Part shown: piece after piece, positions 59,901 through 64,000 of the stretch | How the letters are laid out: each line of letters opens with the position of its first letter | How positions within the stretch are numbered: the first letter of the stretch is position 1 | Source: Bacteroidota bacterium | GTDB lineage: Bacteria > Bacteroidota > Ignavibacteria > UBA10030 > SZUA-254 | DNA length: 64,000 nt | Assembly (NCBI GenBank): GCA_020056225.1 | Contig: JAGVIE010000017.1 | Location: 251 to 64,250 of the forward strand | Reading direction: 5' to 3' | Notes under the pieces: generated by a model | Told to the model about the DNA's origin: nothing | Databases searched by the model: none | Seen by the model: only the letters and a program-made list of their open reading frames with translations | Translations under genes and position numbers: made by a program

Positions 59901-61156
59901 TTCAGTCCACTGCGTTTTGTAGTTCCACCCCATAAATAATTCTGTCGTATCCATAACAAGGTATCGATCTTTCCGCGCAATCCGTAAATGTAATAATCTC
60001 TGAACCAAACGCAGGGCCTTCCTTCCGAAAACAATGTGTACGCATACGCCATGTCTTTATTGTAAATTATCGGATTGTGCGCCGCAGGATTATCTATTGA
60101 GCCATCGTATCCGGCGCGGTCAACATCATGATTTTCAACAAATGTAACGACATCATATCCGGATGTGCCGTTGTTAATTAAACCTGCGCCATCCAACCAT
60201 GTCATGTTATATCCGCCGGAAGTATTGTTGCACATCTCCTTAAGGTCAAATCTCAAGGGAAAATCGAACATCGAAACAGTTCCACCATAATATTTACACC
60301 AGTAGAGCCAATTCTGAATTCCGCTAAGTCCATCATAATCCTCAGCGACAGCAAAGCCACCGGCATTTGTTTCCTGAAGCCATGGACCGACAAAGATCGG
60401 ATCAATTGATTTTACTTCATCGATTCGAAAACCATCAAACCCTAAAACCTGTCTGAGATATTTTCCCCATACGATTAAACTATCTTTAACTTTACTTTGA
60501 GCGTGGGCAAGTATTTCTCCGAATTTATAGATCGGGTCGGTGGGACCATGATAAGGCGGATTGACATCGCATGTTTGCTGGTTCGGATAGAAGAACGTCG
60601 CGTCTTTCAGAAATCTGCCGGAACCATACTGGTAATTAAAAACCAACCACCCAGAATCGGGATATGTGGGATATGGTTTACAATCGTAAGATACTTTCTG
60701 ATCAGCGCCATTCATATGTCCCATGACAGCGTCGGCGAAAACCTGCATTCCATTGTTGTGGAAAGTATTGATCATTTGAGTCAATTCCTGACGGCTTCCG
60801 AAACGCGTTTCAATTGATCCTTTCTGGTCGAATTCACCGAAGTCATAATGATCGTAAATATCGTATCCCATTGAGTATGTCCCGGCTGCGCCTTTCGTTG
60901 GCGCCGGTACCCATACTGCACTAAAGCCCGAAGATGCCAATGCAGGCGATAATTTTGCGAGAGAATCCCACCAGATACCACCGGGCGTAGAGTTCCAATA
61001 AAATCCCTGCAAGAAGGCATCTGACTTTGGCGTACTCTGAACTCTGACCGGATTATTATGTGTTTGGCTGAGTAGTCGGCATGTCAACAAAAGGAAAACT
61101 AATAGGATATAAACAATCTTATTCATCGAGAGCCTTGCTGTGGATTCAGTTATCAA
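56975..61156 (-). CDS. Secreted multidomain GH13 alpha-amylase with Fn3-like module and type-A T9SS CTD (1393 aa)
   Basis: Signal peptide and an N-terminal GH13 catalytic domain (GFSAVWVPAPTKG; GFRIDEVKS; ENHD). It carries an internal Fn3-like repeat matching the repeats of the protein at 1-1464. C-terminus reads NYPNPLNPTTSIKY...GMYFYRLRS...KMILMK. Confidence 0.8.
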   Translation of the reverse strand: MITESTARLSMNKIVYILLVFLLLTCRLLSQTHNNPVRVQSTPKSDAFLQGFYWNSTPGGIWWDSLAKLSPALASSGFSAVWVPAPTKGAAGTYSMGYDIYDHYDFGEFDQKGSIETRFGSRQELTQMINTFHNNGMQVFADAVMGHMNGADQKVSYDCKPYPTYPDSGWLVFNYQYGSGRFLKDATFFYPNQQTCDVNPPYHGPTDPIYKFGEILAHAQSKVKDSLIVWGKYLRQVLGFDGFRIDEVKSIDPIFVGPWLQETNAGGFAVAEDYDGLSGIQNWLYWCKYYGGTVSMFDFPLRFDLKEMCNNTSGGYNMTWLDGAGLINNGTSGYDVVTFVENHDVDRAGYDGSIDNPAAHNPIIYNKDMAYAYTLFSEGRPCVWFRDYYIYGLRGKIDTLLWIRQNYLWGGTTKRSGLNPWYVGGSGTQDEQAADIYVARRNGGDGRPATYLVINDNSSGWRGVWVNTDYPNQVFRDFTGVAIDKQSAVDGRVELWAPPRGYVIYVPDTTLHINHPPYIVDIADQTVFINTPYEYQTGYGDPNNDSLAFSLSGNPAWLSVSTSGKLIGTPAESDVAVFNVTLNVIDPHDDTASTTFMMNVLNHPLLDGTFEGNGIWGQALLIADTLAGWDSASVKEIYVTQDQNYFYLGAKVKTRQWMNWAFALNTKLGGGSADSWGRSILYNHTNKPDYVFRGSFSGGAQFHTWNGSSWSGVGTGLNSTEYAENINSDISSDGWIEGRILKSAMGSPSLLGIQMYLTGNQNSQATFDACPNDQNTTAWSGVITRLNYYAYYGQKQITNCNLQYPLSAQFTIGNFVTVYARAYGMGITDSSGQGSGLQAWFGYNNSNSNPSTWTSWIPATYNLDINGYDEYKLDLGATLPDGIYYFTSRFQFSGSEYVFGGYSTNGGGIWDSIHNTSGYMRIYGPPLVPTLSAPTDSNEHQPSTPFLNWNTVSNAQTYRLQVSEDSTFNLTVFDDSTIVASSKQVGPLSNNTKYYWRVRSKNIAGISTYSTVWSFTVTQTTNSYHFDPAWNMVSLPMWLYDNTKEHLFPASISDAFSYSQDSGYVSQVSLEVGVGYWLKFASGEDIPFTGFVTELETLDVKAGWNMIGSISNQILAASILQIPEGNIISPFYTYGDGYQFADTIKPAKAYWVKTDTAGKIVMKDLNIGNIITRKNINCAIEGYGKLVIVDAAHHRQVLYFGTRANKDSNDDLYGLPPIPPLGIFDVRYASQRNVELISHGVAGIFPINLSSVEYPVRLQCQLPVQSLKVNIKIDGRTIPIGSIGDVELTSPPFSVILEISDVEQLPTRFSLYQNYPNPLNPTTSIKYELPFSNHVVIKIYDLIGRELETLVDDMKEPGVYNVEWDGNKYPNGMYFYRLRSGAYTETRKMILMK

Positions 61157-61181
61157 TGTCAGAAAATGATGATGTCTTCAA

Positions 61182-62564
61182 CTATAAATTGAAATACAAC
61201 TTGAATTCAAAGGGATGGGGCATTGTTCCTATCGATTTGATTTCCTGCTGTTTGATTGTGACCCATTGATCTAACAATTCATCTGTAAAGAGATTGCCGC
61301 GTTTTAGGAATTGCCGGTCCAAAGATAAACTGTCCAATGCCTCAGCTAAGTTTCTTGGCAGAAAATGCATGTGGTCTTTGAGCGAATCGTCGTTGATGTT
61401 TTTATCAGAGGGACCGAAACCTTCTTTCACCGGGTCGATTTTATTCACTATACCATCGATTCCTGCCAACAACATAGCAGTTAAACAAAGATATGGATTT
61501 GCTGTAGCGTCCGGTGGCCTATACTCGAAACGAGTTTCCGCAGGATTGTTGACGTATTTGGGAATTCGAATAGCTGAAGCTCTGTTACCACGACCATAAG
61601 TCAACACAACAGGCGCCTCGAAACCTGGGACAAGTCGTTTGTATGAATTGGTGCTCGGATTTGTGAATGCGGAGAGCGCGGGTCCATGTTTCAATAAGCC
61701 GCCGATAAAATATCGTCCTGTCTCGTTAATGTTTCCATACTCCCCTTTTTTATAAAACGCATTCTTTCCATTCTTAGTTAGGAATAAATGAAGATGCAGT
61801 CCATTTCCCGGTTGTTGATACATCGGCTTAGGCATAAACGTAACGAATAGATCACGCTGTCGCGCAAAATTAAAGAGAGCATATTTCGTAGTTATCACGT
61901 TATCTGCGGTTGTCAGAAGATCATAAAAATATGTTTCTATTTCCTGCTGACCTCTCTCACCAGTTTCGTGATGGTGGTATTTAACATCTATGCCGAACCG
62001 TTTCAGCAATTTCGACGCCTCATCCCGGAAATCATCATATACATCGAAAGGATTTGCCGCGTGGTAAGCATTTCTGAAAAACTCTTCAGCATGTTCAATC
62101 TCATAAAATGATAATGCCGTTCTGGTATCGAACCGTACTTTCGAGAATATATAGAATTCAAACTCCGGTCCCCACATAGATTTATCTATTCCAGTGACTT
62201 TCTTCAAAATTGTTTCCGCTTGTCTTGCAAGATGACGACTATCCTGAGAAAATGGCGTCCGCTTTTCATCCGTAAGAAATATATTGGCATAGAAACTTAA
62301 GGTCGGGACAGAACGAAATGGATCTATTACTGCAGTGTTAAGATCGGGTATCAAGATCATATCGCTGTTTTCAACTTTACGGAAACCGAAACTCGAGCCA
62401 TCGAACCCAACACCTTCAGCTAAAAGTTTAGATAGAATATTCTGAGATACGGGCAGTGTAATATGATGCAGATAGCCTGTAAGATCGATGCATTTCAGAT
62501 CTATCATTTCAATGTTATGTTTAGCGATATAATCGTTGCAAGATTTCAAATTGCTGATTTTCAT
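61182..62564 (-). CDS. glnA: Glutamine synthetase (type I-like)
   Basis: The beta-grasp N-domain begins at the internal Met (MKISNLK...IEMIDLKCIDLTGYLHHITLP). The catalytic domain carries GPEFEFYIF and a conserved Glu/His-rich active site. The upstream 44 codons of the long ORF look non-coding. It lies 25 bp upstream of the amylase gene. Confidence 0.75.
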   Translation of the reverse strand: MKISNLKSCNDYIAKHNIEMIDLKCIDLTGYLHHITLPVSQNILSKLLAEGVGFDGSSFGFRKVENSDMILIPDLNTAVIDPFRSVPTLSFYANIFLTDEKRTPFSQDSRHLARQAETILKKVTGIDKSMWGPEFEFYIFSKVRFDTRTALSFYEIEHAEEFFRNAYHAANPFDVYDDFRDEASKLLKRFGIDVKYHHHETGERGQQEIETYFYDLLTTADNVITTKYALFNFARQRDLFVTFMPKPMYQQPGNGLHLHLFLTKNGKNAFYKKGEYGNINETGRYFIGGLLKHGPALSAFTNPSTNSYKRLVPGFEAPVVLTYGRGNRASAIRIPKYVNNPAETRFEYRPPDATANPYLCLTAMLLAGIDGIVNKIDPVKEGFGPSDKNINDDSLKDHMHFLPRNLAEALDSLSLDRQFLKRGNLFTDELLDQWVTIKQQEIKSIGTMPHPFEFKLYFNL

Positions 62565-62986
62565 TTGATGTCGTTTTAATTTGAATACTATATTGATATA
62601 AATAGATGTTGTCAGTTGTTTTTCCACTAACACTTTCCTGCAGACTAGGGCGAAATTGAACCACCGACACACGGCTTTTTCAATCTTGCGTGGCACTATT
62701 CTTCCTTGATAATCAAGAAGAATTCAGGCATTTATCTCGCCAAAATTCTAAATAGTGTTAGACAACTGTTAGCAGATCGGTTGTAAAAAAATATAAAGAT
62801 ATTTTTCCGTTATATCAAATATTCTTACATGCTTGTTACCTGAATTAATAAAGCAATAATCACATTCCGTTGAGTATAATAGTTAGTGATTGTTGTATTT
62901 GAGGTATATATGTAGAGACTTAGCTACTCTAGATTACTGTGGCATCATTCGTACAGCAGGTAAGGCATTCTATCACTATTCATAAA

Positions 62987-64000
62987 TTATTTGAATCCCA
63001 TTCTTTTTATCAGATTTTCAATCTCTTTATTTCCATTTAAGAGATTAGTTTTAAAAGTTCCGAATTCGCGCCTCACCGGATATTCTCCTCTTTGCTTTTC
63101 GAATGTGCCGGGCGATGCACGCAACGCACGATCATCTTCAAGAATAGCGTATGTGTTTTGTATAAGTTTACCAATTATTTCCTGATGATTCAGGTTTGTG
63201 CAATCTATATTGATTGTTCTAACAGGCGGTAACGAGATGCTATTCGGATACCAATCTTTAAGATCAAAACCAAAATGCCTGCAAAATGAATTGACACTCA
63301 TTGCAGTACCGTTTGCTTTTCCGTCGGCTGAATAACCTGCAATATGTGGTGTTCCAATATCTACCAAATCTAATAGATCGAGATCAATATCAGGTTCATT
63401 CTCCCACACATCTAAGATACAACCCCTCACTTTCTTTTTCCTCAGGGCTTCTTTAATCGATTCTGTTTTAACAACCTCCCCTCTTGATGTATTGATTAGA
63501 ATTTGATTCTCATCCAATCCTGACAAAAGATCATTATCAACGAGATGATATGTTTTATCCCGGCCTTCATAATTTAGAGGCACATGAAGCGTAATAATAT
63601 CCGCTTTAGATATTATGGTATCCAACGGTACGAAAGATTTCGAGCCTTCAGCACGCTCGCGCGGCGGATCATTTAATAATACTTTCATTCCTAGTGTATC
63701 ACACAGAGCGGCTGCTTTTTTGCCCGTATTTCCAGCACCGACAACACCAATTGTTAGATTAGTTAATGAAAGGTCAAATTTTTCCGTTATAAATAATAAT
63801 GCCGCCGCCAGATATTGCTGAACTGAAGAAGAATTACACCCCTCAGCATTCGTCCAGGTTATGTTCCTCGAGCCGCAGTACTCCGTATCTATATGATCGA
63901 AACCTATTGTGGCGGTCGCGATAAACTTTACCTTGGTTCCATCCAATAAATTCGCGTTACAGTTTGTGCGTGTTCGGATGATTAGCGCGTCGGCATCTAA
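62987..64000 (-). CDS. D-isomer-specific 2-hydroxyacid dehydrogenase family (possible erythronate-4-phosphate dehydrogenase PdxB); N-terminus beyond window
   Basis: NAD-binding motif GVVGAGNTGKK and the catalytic-region motifs HVPL...NTSRGEVV. The frame remains open upstream of the track's TTG start to the window edge (..DALIIRTRTNCNANLLDGTKVKFIATATIGFDHID). Confidence 0.7.
   Translation of the reverse strand, partial: LDADALIIRTRTNCNANLLDGTKVKFIATATIGFDHIDTEYCGSRNITWTNAEGCNSSSVQQYLAAALLFITEKFDLSLTNLTIGVVGAGNTGKKAAALCDTLGMKVLLNDPPRERAEGSKSFVPLDTIISKADIITLHVPLNYEGRDKTYHLVDNDLLSGLDENQILINTSRGEVVKTESIKEALRKKKVRGCILDVWENEPDIDLDLLDLVDIGTPHIAGYSADGKANGTAMSVNSFCRHFGFDLKDWYPNSISLPPVRTINIDCTNLNHQEIIGKLIQNTYAILEDDRALRASPGTFEKQRGEYPVRREFGTFKTNLLNGNKEIENLIKRMGFK

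Noticed and set aside
61182-62696. The 504-aa long form of the glutamine synthetase ORF.
   Set aside because: The extra 44 N-terminal codons are not part of the GS beta-grasp domain and lie in AT-rich, promoter-like sequence. The ATG at 62562-62564 is preferred.
62680-62705. Sigma54-like element TGGCAC-N5-TTCC on the plus strand.
   Set aside because: It has the wrong orientation for glnA (minus strand), its -12 box is imperfect (TTCC rather than TTGC), and there is no plus-strand gene downstream.
1-64000. Search for CRISPR arrays, transposases, integrases, phage genes or toxin-antitoxin pairs.
   Set aside because: Inspection of the intergenic regions shows no regularly spaced direct repeats. 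No product shows DDE, tyrosine-recombinase or serine-recombinase motifs. The tRNA-flanked block lacks any recombinase gene.

Overview
The window is a 64-kb chromosomal segment from a low-GC (roughly 40% by eye) bacterium of the FCB group. Many secreted proteins end in a type-A T9SS C-terminal sorting domain (NYPNPFNP...G(I/M)YFYR...KM(M/I)L(V/I)K), so it is most likely an Ignavibacteria-like organism (Melioribacter/Ignavibacterium type). Coding density is high and mostly on the minus strand.

Contents, in order:
- Housekeeping block: nadA, a deoxynucleoside kinase, folK-folB, and glnS-gltX whose stop and start codons overlap.
- Four tRNAs, none of them in the ORF track: Ser-GCT, Ser-GGA, Leu-GAG and Lys-TTT.
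- An outer-membrane uptake operon: a CarboxypepD_reg-type TonB-dependent receptor, a FadL/PorV-family barrel, a T9SS cargo protein and large secreted proteins of unknown function.
- An NfeD/stomatin pair followed tightly by a full-length E. coli Pol II-like family-B DNA polymerase homolog. Its exonuclease motifs I and II and the second Asp of polymerase motif C (DTDS becomes DSNS) are substituted, so it is an apparently inactivated PolB.
- A roughly 33-kb starch/maltodextrin utilisation region without SusD. It comprises two T9SS-anchored GH13 amylases (1005 and 1393 aa), a periplasmic GH13 (490 aa), two T9SS-anchored proteins made of tandem starch-binding-like modules (497 and 1041 aa), a second TonB receptor with a 1204-aa Ca-binding protein and a FadL/PorQ-like barrel, and a MalEFG-type ABC transporter with a separately encoded MsmK/MalK ATPase. 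It also includes a GH31 alpha-glucosidase, a GT35 alpha-glucan phosphorylase, a cytoplasmic GH13-like enzyme, and glnA directly upstream of the largest amylase gene.

No transposase, integrase or CRISPR array is present.
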